A DNA stretch of 63,511 nucleotides, filler included, from Basidiobolus ranarum (taxonomy: Eukaryota), in assembly GCA_040143965.1 (NCBI GenBank). It is 26 parts of 26 records of this genome, joined end to end, with 100 filler letters (N's around TTAATTAATTAA, not from the genome) between each part and the next. Parts side by side here need not be neighbours in the genome. Positions count along the whole stretch, not along the records: positions 61,176 to 63,511 come from JASJQH010003458.1; 25 more parts are not named here. The stretch is one strand, 5' to 3'. The notes beneath the pieces were generated by a model that made no database searches, had not been told where the DNA came from, and was given only the letters and a program-made list of their open reading frames with translations. The position numbers were made by a program, and so were the translations under genes. Shown one piece after another: positions 63,399-63,511 of this stretch; position 1 is the stretch's first letter; every line of letters starts with the position of its first letter.

Positions 63399-63511
63399 TA
63401 TTGAAATTAGGTAAATAGCAACTCATTATTTAGTAGTTAGTTTATTCATATTCTGATTATTTAGTACTCAATTCTGTCATTCAAAAACGTGTGTTTATTG
63501 CTCTAATTGAT

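Overview
This window is not one locus. It consists of 26 unlinked contigs of about 2.34-2.36 kb, sorted by decreasing length and joined by an artificial 100-nt linker (N44-TTAATTAATTAA-N44, stops in all six frames), so nothing can be inferred from adjacency across linkers. The DNA is AT-rich and eukaryotic, with short GT-AG introns and fungal-type genes. The gene content suggests an early-diverging fungus such as Zoopagomycota/Basidiobolus-like (inference only). About half the contigs are decayed, nested, strongly CpG-depleted transposons: several Ty1/Copia families with at least two defined LTR types, one Ty3/Gypsy RT fragment, and a multi-copy CACTA/CMC DNA transposon with C(C/A/T)CTAACA(A/G)AAAT termini and an unknown divergent second ORF. 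Genic contigs encode AP-1 sigma, APC5, an aldo/keto reductase, a DYRK/Pom1-type kinase end, a TM-SH3 protein, a Cys-rich TM protein, and several secreted or repeat proteins (CAP, 2xCBM5/12, CBM19-like with acidic tail, 40-aa His/Ser/Glu repeat). The most notable items are: a tandem array of 55-aa NDUFA4/Min8-like microprotein genes missed by the ORF track; a tandemly duplicated, intron-bearing, bacterial-type ABC substrate-binding protein gene; a pseudogenised atromentin/quinone-synthetase-type NRPS-like thioesterase; and a degenerate tRNA-like element. All family assignments come from motif recognition by eye, not from searches.
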